From NCBI GenBank assembly GCA_904063045.1, contig CAJFCJ010000008.1, positions 1,240,001-1,304,000 on the forward strand: a DNA stretch of 64,000 nucleotides, in the 5' to 3' direction. A program made the translations under genes and the position numbers. Origin of the DNA: Dimorphilus gyrociliatus. Its lineage: Eukaryota; Animalia; Annelida. Position 1 is the first letter of the stretch. The number at the start of each line of letters is the position of its first letter. Positions 48,401 through 61,143 of this stretch are shown here, in pieces. A model generated the notes under the pieces. The model did not search any database. It was not told where the DNA came from and was given only the letters and a program-made list of their open reading frames with translations.

Positions 48401-51400
48401 TTGCCATCAAGAAAACTAATACAAATTTCCCTTGAGCACTGAATAAGTTAGTTTAAAAAAAAGTGAAAAATCTTCTTTTGATAACCTACTGTAAAAAGTT
48501 AGGCTCTTATCTTAATCAACAAATAAGACTGAAAGAGAAATAAGATAAGAATCTTGGCGAGAATGTTACCTTTCCACTAATTAAAACCAATTATTTTCAG
48601 AATTGTTTACCTATTTAACAAGTTACATTTTCTATTTATTAAACTAAATAAGTAAAAGTGTAACTTATTTAAACTAATGAGAGTTTTTTTCATTAAATCA
48701 AGTTTGTTGAAAAAAGTATAAATCAAACTTACAAACTCGTTTCTTTAAATACTTTACGTTATTCATTCATTCTTAACAAATTTGCAAATATTATTCATTA
48801 AATAACAAAGTTAATTAATATTTGCATAACAGGACTAACTTAAGAATAACATAATTAAGTTTTGTAGCAATGTCTGTTTAAAAATTATATACCTTTACAA
48901 ATATAAATATATATACTGTATGTATGTATAAAAGTTAGGCCTACACAATATAAAGCGGTAACAGATTTCCTCTAGTGTTTGCAGTTATAAGCAAGTATAC
49001 AAGACATTCTATACATTACTATTTAATATATGACTACTGCTATCAAAATTGTAATAGGGAAAAACTTCTTTAAAAGTCAAGAACTATGGAATAGCGTTTG
49101 CTTCTAATAGTTAAATATACAGTATACATATATAAATTTATACTGTACATATGTGTGTGTTACATAAATTCTTGTATAAATAGTAAATAGTAAATATAAA
49201 AAAATGCAAAAAACTAGCTTGGTTTATTAATATTCTATGTTTTTAAGAAAAGAGAAAAGTGGTTGTAAAATTTTAATTAAACTTAATTCAATAATTAACT
49301 TTTCTTTTTATTAAAACAAGAGTTATACTTTTTGTTTTTATAAAAAAAAACTTTTTTTATTATTTCTATTTATGCATAAAAAATCATTGAATTCTTTGTG
49401 ATGTTGAATCCTGTTAAAAGCTTGTAATCTTTTGTGGCAGTACTCTAGCCTTTTATAAGTTTGAGCGTCTCACGTCAGTATATATTTATAAATATATACT
49501 TTACATAAGGTATAAATTTATATATATGGTATATATATATATAGAGGCTGTATATACCGCTTATATATTATTGTATAAAAGAGCCTAGTAATATTTTCTA
49601 TTTATCATAGCTTATATTCTTTATCTGAATTATCTTCAAAAATTAATAGTATAATATTTGTTTTGAATATATTTCAATAACGATGAATTTTATTGATTAG
49701 TTGTTTAATCAATTAATCATTTGGGCTATAAATGTTTTACTGTTTGGGTGTGTTGAAAGTGAGAAAAAAAGAATAACTGTTTCTGTGAAATGTTTCAAGC
49801 ATATGTTTTATAGGCGTATAGGATTTTCATGCGGGTCATTCGTCATTGCCAATCCCAAATAACAAATCACCTAAACCTATCAACAGAAATCCAAAGCAGA
49901 TTCTCCTTATCCGAAATTTTCCGCCTTTCCCCCTCTTCTAACTATCTTTAAGTGGTTAAAACGTGAAGAATTTTTATTTTTTATTTCAATAGTTAACCTT
50001 GTTGTTTTTATTCTTTTTCCTTATTTTTCTCCTTTTTCTTTCTTTCTTCGTTTCTTTCTCTCTTTTGCTCACTCACTAAGCCAGTCTTTCCTCTTCCCCT
50101 CTCCCACTCTTTACTGTTTTTACACAATTTTTTGTGCCTACTTGGTCTTTTTTTAAACGATCCATCATAGCAAACAAATCATCTTGATATTTATTGGCGT
50201 ATCGATTAACGGTTAGCCGAATATAGGTAATTCCATCTATTTCGATTCGTTTACTTAACAAACTCGACGCGTGCTGTAGATGAAAAAGGAAAAGCATTTT
50301 CTATTCCACATGACCAGCGAGGATATACTCTAAAAAACTAAACTTGTACAGGTTTAGAATAAACAACAATTGGAAGAGAAATATTGGTATTCTTAAAAAA
50401 AGAATAAAGAAAAAGAAAAACTTTATTGATGGCAACTGTATTGATATATTAACAATAATACATTTATTAAACATAAGTCCATCGTTTATGCATATAATCG
50501 TTCCGGCTGTTTTATACATTATGTTTATATTTCAACCAACTCAACATGATCTAAGAAACGGCGGATTGGGAACCACTCTAGATTAAGATCAGTAGAACTC
50601 TAAATGACAAATCCAACTAAATTAATTTATGCCCTTTTCGCTACTTAAAAGACTATTCTCTGAAGGGTAAAAAAATGGAAATCTATAAATTTTACTATCT
50701 TCATATAGACTAAATTGTTATCAAAATATCCACATCAAACGTATTCTGGTTGAAAGAATACTTTCTAAAAACAAGACGAAAAATACAATACAGAGCATTT
50801 TGTATTTTTAATTTCCCTGGTTCCTTCGTCTATTTACCAAATTTATAGTCTTTTTAATTTCTCTTTTGATAAAACTCTAACTTAAATAGATGGAAACCAT
50901 TTCTCTTTTATCTATTTGTCCATCTCATTTACCAACTACTTTTCTCATTTTTCCCCTCGTTTTGTGTTAATCTTTCTTTTGGTATCTCTTTTCCTCTGGT
51001 AAGTTTTTTTTTTAATTTATAGTCACTTATAGCAATATGAGGGCTGTAAAAATCTTGAATAAATCTCTTCATTGTTAGTTAGTAATACTATATATTTGAT
51101 TTTTAAGATAATTTAAAAAAAAATTGTAGCACTAATGCAGGAGATAAAAACTAGTCATCGAGTTTGTTGTTTTCGAGTTAAAGAAATTCATGTCAAATCT
51201 AATTATGCAAACTACATTGCAAATGAAAGATGAGGAAGCTGAAATGTTCTCCTTTTCTCCATTTAAGGCTGTAAAACTAAAAAAAAAGTATTAACAATAT
51301 GTAAAATAATAAAAAAGAGTATATTATGCGTAATAGAAAGAACTATATTTTTAAGTAAATAAGCCAACTTATAAGGATTCACTGTATAGCTGTAGAGGAA

Positions 51401-51871
51401 CTTTTCCAAATAAACACAAGGGAATACTTTACATAATGTGACAAATTTCTCTCCTTTGTTTTATTCAAAAGGAAATAAAGAAAATATGCTATTGAATTTA
51501 AAGAAAAGACTACAAATTTTCTTCTTTTTAACATAAAGTATCCCGACAGTTTTAAGGTCAAATGTTATTTTTTTATTTTCTTTTTACGTTTTATTCTTCG
51601 CTTTGTTTTTTATTCTATCATTACATTCGGTTTTTTTAAACTTGTAAAAAAAGAAATGTCTATTTAAAAAAATCTAATCTTGCAATTCACCGTATCAGTA
51701 TATTGTTATAAAAATTTATGTTAAAAAACAGGGTAAAAATTGGCTGTCGGATAGACCAAAGGATAAACTTTCACTTAATTTCTTCATAATAAAAGCTTCC
51801 GATTTTTAATAAATAGTTCATAAAATGTCTCTCCATCATATATTTTGTTGAGAAATGGAGTGGAAATTGGC

Positions 51872-51883
51872 GGCTAGAGGGCG
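51872..51883 (+). promoter_or_regulatory. CTCF-like motif ~270 nt upstream of the luqin-type receptor ATG
   Basis: GGCTAGAGGGCG. Confidence 0.5.
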
Positions 51884-52154
51884 TTGATTTTAATAAAAAC
51901 CGAGCTCAAACTAATAATAATGTGCCGATAGAGAAGTCAGGATCGTGAATCTTTACATTGCCTCCTCGGAATTTATTGTTTGTGTTTTTTTTATTTTTTG
52001 TAAAATAAAGGAGAATTAAAAATATGTAAAAAACGACACGTAATTGAAAATATAAAGAGAGAAGACAATATAAAATCATAAGAGGGAATACTTTATCTCA
52101 AGATAAAACAATAGAAAAGGAAACTTAATTACTGCGTTAAGGATAACAGAAAAC

Positions 52155-55100
52155 ATGAATACTTCAATTAATAATACAAACGCTACGGAAATTGAATATG
52201 TCGAAATATCATTTTTTGGACATTGTTTATTCGTTATCTTTTATTCGTTCATAATCATTCTGGCAATTGGAGGAAATGCGATTGTTTGCTTTATTATTAT
52301 GGCTTATCAGAGAATGCGAACTGTTACCAATTATTTCATCTTTAATTTAGCCGTTAGTGATATACTTATGACTGTTATATGTATACCTTTTACCTTTGTT
52401 TATTCTGTTTTATTGGGATATTGGCCCTTTGGAGCGTTTTTATGCCCAACAGTTTCTTACGTTCAAAGTTCTTCAGTCTTCCTTGGCGCCTTTACATTGG
52501 TTGCAATGAGTATAGATAGGTGAGTTTGTTTGCTTTTTTTCTCTTGCATCTTTAGGCATAGCTTCTTACGAAAATAACGCCTATCTCTTCTTAAAATCTT
52601 AATAAGTTCAAGGCGGGGAGCTCTATTGTCTTTACATACAATTAAATCGCAATAAGAAAATAATGCCTTAAGATATTAGACAATGATTAGGCCTAATGAA
52701 CGATACTCTTGGGATTAGAGACATAGATAGATATACTAGATAGTTGCCCGAAGAGGATGAGAAGAGAGAAAATAGAGAAAGGGCGGAGAAAGGGGGTTGC
52801 AGAGGAAAAAATAAAAGAGTTTCAAAATGATTTAATGATCGGTACATATTGAAAAGAAAATCGGTATATTTCTTCTCTTTTCTTCTTCTCAATTTTCCAA
52901 TATATTACTCAGTAGTATTCGCAATATATACAATAAATCCCTTTCCTTTACATATATCTACTAATCTTAATTATACAATTTTCTATTGCAAAATATAATT
53001 AAAGCTCAGCTAATATGAAGAAAAAGCGATTATAAGTTGTCCAAATTCAGAAGTGGATTGTCAAATATGAGGTTCATTTATGATAGATATATACAGTGTT
53101 TTATTGCGACGGAAATTCGAAAAAAATGTGAGATAAGGAGTTTTTGTTTTATTTACAGAAATCTTGAAACATAAATATGTTATCGTAGTTATCGGTAAAA
53201 AAAACTTTATATAATTGATTTCTTTATCAACTTTATTTATTTGTAATTGTAATTTAATAAATTAGGATTTTTTACATCTCTTCGACTTTTCAATTTATCA
53301 TCGTTAATAAATTATGCGAACGGTTAAAATTTAGAATTTGACTTTGCAGTTAATAGTATCTGCATCTATTTTATTATGGACCGTGTGTCACTAATATATT
53401 AGATGCCTGTGTAGTGTTGTCAATGGAAAGACGTCTATTATCATTGACCACTGATCTATATTGTAAAATAAGGATACTTTTTTGTAAACTGTGTTGCCAT
53501 TTATATACGAAAATAGATGAAAAAAGTTATTTACAAAAATATCAGACAAGTACGCCAAATTGAAAAAATAGAGAAGAAAAGAAAGTTGTAGTTGGCCTTG
53601 TACAAGTTTATTAGAATACTTTTATACATTCAAAGGTCAAGTGGCTATCACTTCTTGGCAAATAGTGAATGGTAGTATTCGATTAACCTTATTAACCATC
53701 TCGAATTTAACAAGAATAAGAAAAAGGCATTTACTTCCCACTGTAAAAAGAACAAATCACGTGACGAAAAAAATACCCTATTGATTAGGTCTTATGGAAT
53801 GAATAAGAATTCTTTGATTTCAGATACATCGCCATAATGAGGCCATTAAAACCAAGAATGACGACCCGTCAAGCCCTTCTTACTATAACAGTCATCTGGT
53901 TCTTAGCCTTATCTATATCTGTTCCAACTGCGATCTTTACTAAAATAAGGGAAGGGAATGATAATTCTATCAATGAGACTCAGCACAAATTATGTTATGA
54001 AGAGTGGGAAAATGTCAATCATCAGGCCATATACAGTTTGGCGATTATGATTGCGCAGTATTTCTTACCACTCGGAGTATTGATGTTTACTTACCTAATG
54101 ATAGCCTTTGCTATTTGGGGGAAAAAACCCCCGGGTGAGAAGGAGACAAACCGGGATCAAAGGATGGCTAAATCAAAAAGAAAGGTATGCTTTGAAATAT
54201 AAATATTTGGAATTATTTCGATTAATTTATATATTTGTAAACAATTTCCTAATTTTATCTATAAATAAGAACGTCGAAGCTCATAAACAAACAAATCTTT
54301 TTCTTCTTTCTTTTTCGACTTTCGTCTTACTTTAAAAGCAAATACTTGTTTTTTGTATATACAAGTTCTCATTTCTATTCATCACATTTAATATTATATT
54401 AAGACATATTTATTTATTAATTTATTAAAACGTCTACAGTAGATAAATAATAGTTATGGTGTTTCGTGTTCTTTTTCCGTTATTCAATCAGAAACGTCAG
54501 CTGGCAGCTTTTTATATCTTTATAAAAAAGAACAACACTTTACCCTCGTGTGATTATAGGCCTAATTCCCTTAGATCTGAAACCCATAAAAGGAAATGAA
54601 CCGTCGTTCAGTTGATAAAAACAAGGAAGTTGGTCAAAGACAGTAGAAAGAAATAAGTTAAAGAAACTAAATTACAAATACATAGATACAAATATATTGT
54701 ACACGTATTAAAAATAAATATTAGAGGTATTTCTGGAAAACTATTGAAAGATATTTTAACAAGTTTCCTATATATTAGTAATATATATAGACTGTATATA
54801 TATATACAATATAGATAACTAGATATGTGTATAGTATTTTACTTATATATACTTTACACACCTGTTAAACGTATTTCAATATATTAATACATACTTTTAA
54901 ATAAGGTCAGAATAGAACAATTATTGTTTATTAATAAATAATGTCAATATTTACTGCTGTAATAATAAGTTAAATAAATATAAATTTACACAAATTTCAC
55001 ATAATCAGAGAGGTAAATACAACTCTGAACATTTACAGAAGAAAGGAAACAGGAGAATAAAGGAAAAAAGTAAACTAAGGGGTGGTGTTGAAGAGGGAAA

Positions 55101-57125
55101 AAATGTAATTTTTTAATAAGAATAGTACGTCTAAACAATTCTTTTTTTTGCATAGAACTTAATTTATTTGATAGAATTAGTTTGATAAATATTTCTCTTC
55201 CATTCTATCTTTGATTAATGTTGGGTATAAATTTTATCTTCTATAAGAATATTATCATATACACTGTATATGTAATGCTTATGTAGTGAATATAGTGTTT
55301 GAGAATAATTTCATCATCTTTATAAAAAGGGATAAGGATTATAATATAAGAATATTCTATATAGTAACGAAGAAAAAAAAGTAAAATAACATTCGATTTG
55401 ATACAATTTTTGTACGCTTACCTGTTCAGATAAGCTTCATTTATGTGTTGGTTTGCTAAATGGGCCTTTTAAGTAGACATGTAAAAACTCTAACCCATTT
55501 GGATTCAACTAGTGGATCTTGGATGAAAAAAAATAAAGTAAAAGCATTCTACTTTCTATGTATAGGTGAATAATTACTATATCTATTCAACTTTACCTTA
55601 AATGTCAGTTACTTAGACGTAATGCTTTTAACCCATCTAAGGCACTTTTTCTCTCTATATAAAAAAGGTTACCATTGTAAATTAAAATGTTCTTTTTCTA
55701 ATAGTAAAATATTACAAATCTATTTAGATTTACAAGTAAATTACGTAAACTGACTAAAAAAGATTGTACATGTGTAATTTTACAATCTACTTGGTATATC
55801 TTTCTGTAAAGTGACCACCCAGTTGAAAAAAGATAAAACTCTTAAAAGATGATCAAATGCTGCTCAATAAATTTATTTGATCATATGAAATACTTTCAAG
55901 ATACAGACGTAAGTTGAGAGCACTTAAATATCATATATTACTTATTTATAGATATTCCATAGTTGCATAATAGATTCATATAGAATGTCATTCACAAAAG
56001 CTTACATGAGAAGCATTTAAATATTCAGAAAAAGATTGGCAATAGATATAATTCTACGGTAAAGATCACTAAAATAATGAAGGAAGGTACACTAATTAAT
56101 TATCTAACCCGATGTGACAGCTTGTCAAGTCTACAAGTTACAATGTGTTTTTTTTCTAAAATGTATTAAATCGTCTTATTATATCAATATATATTACACC
56201 TATAAAAACTACACATATACATATATATATCTATATATATATATATATATATTTGTATATATTTATATACAAAAGATCTATCTATATCTTTTCATTCTGC
56301 ATAAAAAAGTTTATATTTGTTTCTGTTTTTTATTATACTGTAAAAGTTTTCCAAAAACTCATCTGCGTGGGAGATAAGTAAAGAAAAAACAAACACATAA
56401 TTGATTATAGGAAAAAGTTTTAAGTATATAGCTCTTGAGGAATTTGTTTTTTTCAAAACTAACCCATCTGTAATCTATTCCTCGAAAATGCTGAGGAAAA
56501 TTACATCCAAACCAAAATCAGATAAGGAAACCTTAATAAACCAACGCAATATGTATACCGTCATTTCGTAAATCGAAAAAAACAGTAATTAACACCGCAT
56601 CTAAATCACAAATGTAAATTACAGTTAGTCACGCTAAGATATATTTGTTATTAACAGTTAGATTTGACAGTCTCCCTAACCTCCTTTTACCCTCTTAAAC
56701 AGATGGTCAAGATGATGATAACTGTAGTCGCCGTCTACGCATTTTGCTGGCTTCCCCTTCATACAGTTACTCTCCTTGGAGACCTATATGGATATAATAG
56801 TTTGCCTTATTCAAAAATTATTTGGCCAATGTGCCACTGGCTAGCTATGAGCAATTGCTGTACAAATCCAATAGTTTATTGTTGGATGAATACGAGATAC
56901 CGCTACGGTTTTAAAAGAATATTTAGGCATTGTCCTTTTGTAAATTTCCGAATAGAGGATGATCCCAACATGAGACGACCCACTGGATGGACAACTTTGA
57001 AAAGCTCATCGAGAGTTGGGAGACATATGGACGTTAACGTTACAACTCTATCTACACCAAAGTCAAATTGTAATTCAGTTCGATCAAGTCACGAGCGTAT
57101 TCCCTTGACAAAGATGACAGATTAA
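52155..57125 (+). CDS. Rhodopsin-family neuropeptide GPCR, luqin/RYamide receptor type, 3 exons, ~382 aa
   Basis: Exons: 52155-52519, 53824-54184, 56703-57125 (1149 nt, in frame). Motifs: GNxxV in TM1, MRTVTNYFIFNLAVSD, WPFG, DRY split by a phase-2 intron, TM5-ICL3 IWGKKPPGE…RDQRMAKSKRKMVKMM (recalled as typical of RYamide/luqin receptors), CWLP, NPIVY. The family assignment is from remembered motifs, not a database search. Confidence 0.88.
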
Positions 57126-59821
57126 AAGAATCTTCTTCTTATTTCTATTAGGTTCTCTGCAATCTACAAGACGAATAGGTTGTTCCTTTAAATTATATCG
57201 TTAAATCAGATTTATTTTCTGTACTTGTACATGTCTGAAAATTAAAGCAATTAAATTTAGCATAATATACATATATAAACAGTATATAAATGGTTTATGA
57301 AAAGTATATATACATATATTTATATGTATTTATAATATTTATATACTGTTTATATATGTATATATGCATACATTATATACGTAGATAAATCTATACACCT
57401 ACATACGAAAAAAATTACTTTAAAGTATACAATTCAGTTTGTTCATGTGATCAAAAAACATGCAACAGTAAGTAGCATTATAAGATGAGCATTGAGAAAG
57501 AAAAGTCAACATATAGCAATTTATACACCCTATTTGTATTTATAATCATATATATTTCATTAGGATAGAGCGCAACACTTCTAGCTGAAAAATAGAAATG
57601 AATTTATAATTTTATGTTAACAAAACTATTTACAAACATTTGTCAGAAATAGAAATATATCAAATACCATTTTAAAGGTGTATAATATACGGTATATAAT
57701 ATATGTGTATTAAGGATATTATGCTTGAGCTATGAAGAAATTACTTAAAATTTCTGGCTACATATACATCTAAATATAGAAATTTTATTATTGAAAAAGT
57801 TTTAATTATATCGAAAATAAAGTCAACAAAGTATTAAAAATAATAATTCTTAATTGTTTTGTTACGTTGTGGGAGTCATTCAACTAAAAGTATGATTAAA
57901 GATTAGTAGTTTTAAATTTACATATGCTGTGTATAAATGCATTCTTTAAACAAAACATTTAATAGAAAAGTATTAGTTAGGCATATGCTGGTATACAGGT
58001 TCTAATAATCTGTTATGTATTAAGCAAATACATGCATTTTTTGTTGCTTTCTTTAATATTGAAAAAATTTTTGTTAGAAAGTTTTTTTTTAATTTCAACC
58101 TTACTACTTTGAAAAAACCGCTTTTTCTCTTTGAATGCTAATTAAGAATCAAAGAAGTTAGCATTTACTTTTAAATGAAATGATTATTTATTTATTCAAT
58201 GCTTATTTAAGTGATTATTCAAAATATAAGTTACAATTTTTTAAAAAAAGAACAGATTTTTTATTTATCACTTTAATAATGTTAATTTTTTTAAAAATAT
58301 ATATTGTATATATAGTTTATAACCATTTTCTTTTCATACTTCTGATTCTTTCTCTACGATGTGTATGTTCCCTATATAGTAGCAGTAGCTATTTTTTCTA
58401 TTCGTTATTTCGATCTTTTCCCTTGAAATTTTGCCTAATAAAGACTTAAATGGTTTTTTATCGTTTTTTTTCTTTATTTTTTATTGAGTTAAATTGGCAG
58501 GAAAAATAGTAAGAAAGATTCTTTGTCGTTAATGTAATGTTTACCTGATTAGTAGAATTTGTGAAAACGATAATAAGCAAACTCTGATAAGATACAAACT
58601 GCCAAAAGAATACAATCAGGTGAGCCAGTCGATACGGAAGCTGATTTACTGTTGATTTACTGTTCGTTCTAGCGTAATTAGCGCATAACTAATACAAAAT
58701 TAGTCCACATTTGTCACATTTATAGTTCAATAATTAATTACGATTGGCTAATTTGTGAATCAAACGTGAGAACGTGCTTTTGAGAGAACAAAATCTTCTA
58801 AGGCTTTTAAATTATGTAAAATCTCCTGTTATTGACGTAAATTGGTATTTTAGCTTATTTATCAGGATTAGTTAACTTTGTTCTAAATTTCTAATTATAA
58901 AACTAATATAATCGACCCAAGAAAAAATATTCTGGATAAACTACTCCCGGAACTCACTAAATCCTTATTGATTCGAACCTAAATTACCAATATCAATGCG
59001 AGAATCGTTTTTTTCTCTTTCTCCACAAGCTTGACAAAAGCCAAAGGAATAGTAGTTTTTTTATCTATATTAATTTCTTTCCATTTTGAAATATATCCGA
59101 AGCCTTTATATTACATACAAGATAGTGAAAACTACTTCAATGAAAGAAAATAGAGGATTTTAATTGGAAAAGTGTTTGCGACGTCACAGACTATTAAATC
59201 GTAAAAGAGAAACAAATTTAAACATAAGATATGCTCTCTAATTAGCTTTTTTCTTATGGTAATTTTAGAACCAGTTTACTGAAAGATTGAAAAAATATAG
59301 GATGGTGAAGGGTTCTTTTTCTACGAAGATACTATATTCTCTGCAGCGTTTAGTAGTCTTTCGATCCACATAAGCCGATTTGAATCCAATGACCCAAAAA
59401 CAATTTAAATGTATCTATCGATCCAAAAAATAAACAAACAGTAGACACTACCAGAAAAGAAACGCTTACTCTCAAAAAATTTCTTAGATAGCAGATAAAA
59501 GTTTTTTATCAAAATTGAATAAGCGAAGTATGAAGGAGAAAAAATAGAAACAAAGTAATTGTTTTATCTATTGATTTCCATTGCGTTTGAGAGTTGAGGA
59601 AATAGCTATACTTGACCCTTTGTTTTTATCCTCACCTAAACTTGTTTGATTTCTTAGTACTCGTTTCTTACTATTTTTATGATATTATATCTGTTAATAT
59701 TTTCAATATAGACAAGCTGATGAAGTATACATTCCGGTCTTAATGAAATGAAAATTATTAGGCATTTAAAAAATATACAGTAGATGGAGCTATATAGACC
59801 AAAGAGAAAAAGTTATGAAGT

Positions 59822-59830
59822 CGCCATCTA
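59822..59830 (-). promoter_or_regulatory. CTCF-like motif between the two GPCR genes
   Basis: The reverse complement reads TAGATGGCG. Confidence 0.45.
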
Positions 59831-61143
59831 TGAAGAAAAAGTTCAAATTTTCCACTCTCTCGAGTTCCGTCAGCCGAACGTTTAACAAATATGGATTCAT
59901 TCTTATTTTAACCAGATTGTTCTCAAAATTGATGGAACTTTCTTTTTTTTTTAAAATAAACAATTCATTTAGTTTCTAATACTGCTGATTGATTAAAGTT
60001 AAGCAAACGGAAATAGAAGTATTATATCAAAGAAAACTCTTACTCAACTATATAGTCTACTCTTAATAAGGTTTGTAAAATCTTATTCAATATCACTTCT
60101 ATCGCACCCTTTGTACTTTATTCCTTTGTTGTGGAAAGCGTTATTTAGATGATGAAAAAAGATCAGTGTTGATTCGAAATGGGCATTTTGAAGATCAATA
60201 ATTTCTCCCTTTTTCAGGAAAAGGTATATTTAGCGATTAATCGATAGCGCTATTTTTCCAAAGCTATTCATTATATTACCTTAATCGATTCAGTTACGAA
60301 TTCTCATAAGTTTTGCAAATAGTAAACTTTTTTTGCAAAGTATGTAAAAAAAATATATAAACATAGTATAAACTAAATACCCTTTTTTAAAGAACTTCAA
60401 AGTGTACAATGACGCTACATGTATAGAAAAATTATATAATACGTATAATGAGCGCATATACGATGCACCGTTATTATTACTTATTTTTATAAAAAGAGAG
60501 ATTTTAATGAAGAAATTCAATTAAAGATAAATAGACATTGTCAACCTATATTCTGCCTTTCACTATTGAAGTGAATATATATCATAGAAATAGACCAAAA
60601 TAGTTTTCCAGGGAGTTTTTGTTAAGAGAAAAAGAGAAAAATAAAGATTTTACTTAAATATTATCGAAAAAGTTACGAGGGAGAAAGAAGCAATCTCTTT
60701 AACGAATAATATAAGCAGTGAAAGAATCCTTCAATTATCTAGTTTTTATTCTCCTTTACTATAGAGAGAAAGGAAAGGGGAAAGAGGAGGAGAGAGGTTA
60801 AAAAAAGGAATGGAGGATATATAGAGAATGAGTAAATCTGCTAAGGATGAGAAATATAGGATTCTGATATATTTACTCTAAAACAAAAGCAAACAATCTT
60901 TTTTGCCTAGAACCGCAAAAGTAGGGGTTATAATAACAACTATTCCCTTCTATAATATTCGTGACATTCATTAACAATTTTTATATGCGTGAAAACGATT
61001 TCCAGTAGAAACTCAATTATCTATTACGAGAATAACCTTTTCAATAAAATGCACGGAATCGTCCCCAGCCAGAAATTGGGAATATCTTTAGTATTTACAA
61101 ACCTTTTCTTCTTTTCTATTTTCAGTTGACTTCTCTTCCTAAA

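Noticed and set aside
58642-58663. 11-bp direct duplication TGATTTACTGT x2
   Set aside because: It is an ordinary slippage duplication or transposon footprint with no further context.
58969-58980. B-box-like GGTTCGAATC on the minus strand (a similar word lies near 21174-21182)
   Set aside because: No A-box or cloverleaf stems are present, so it is not a tRNA or a recognisable SINE.
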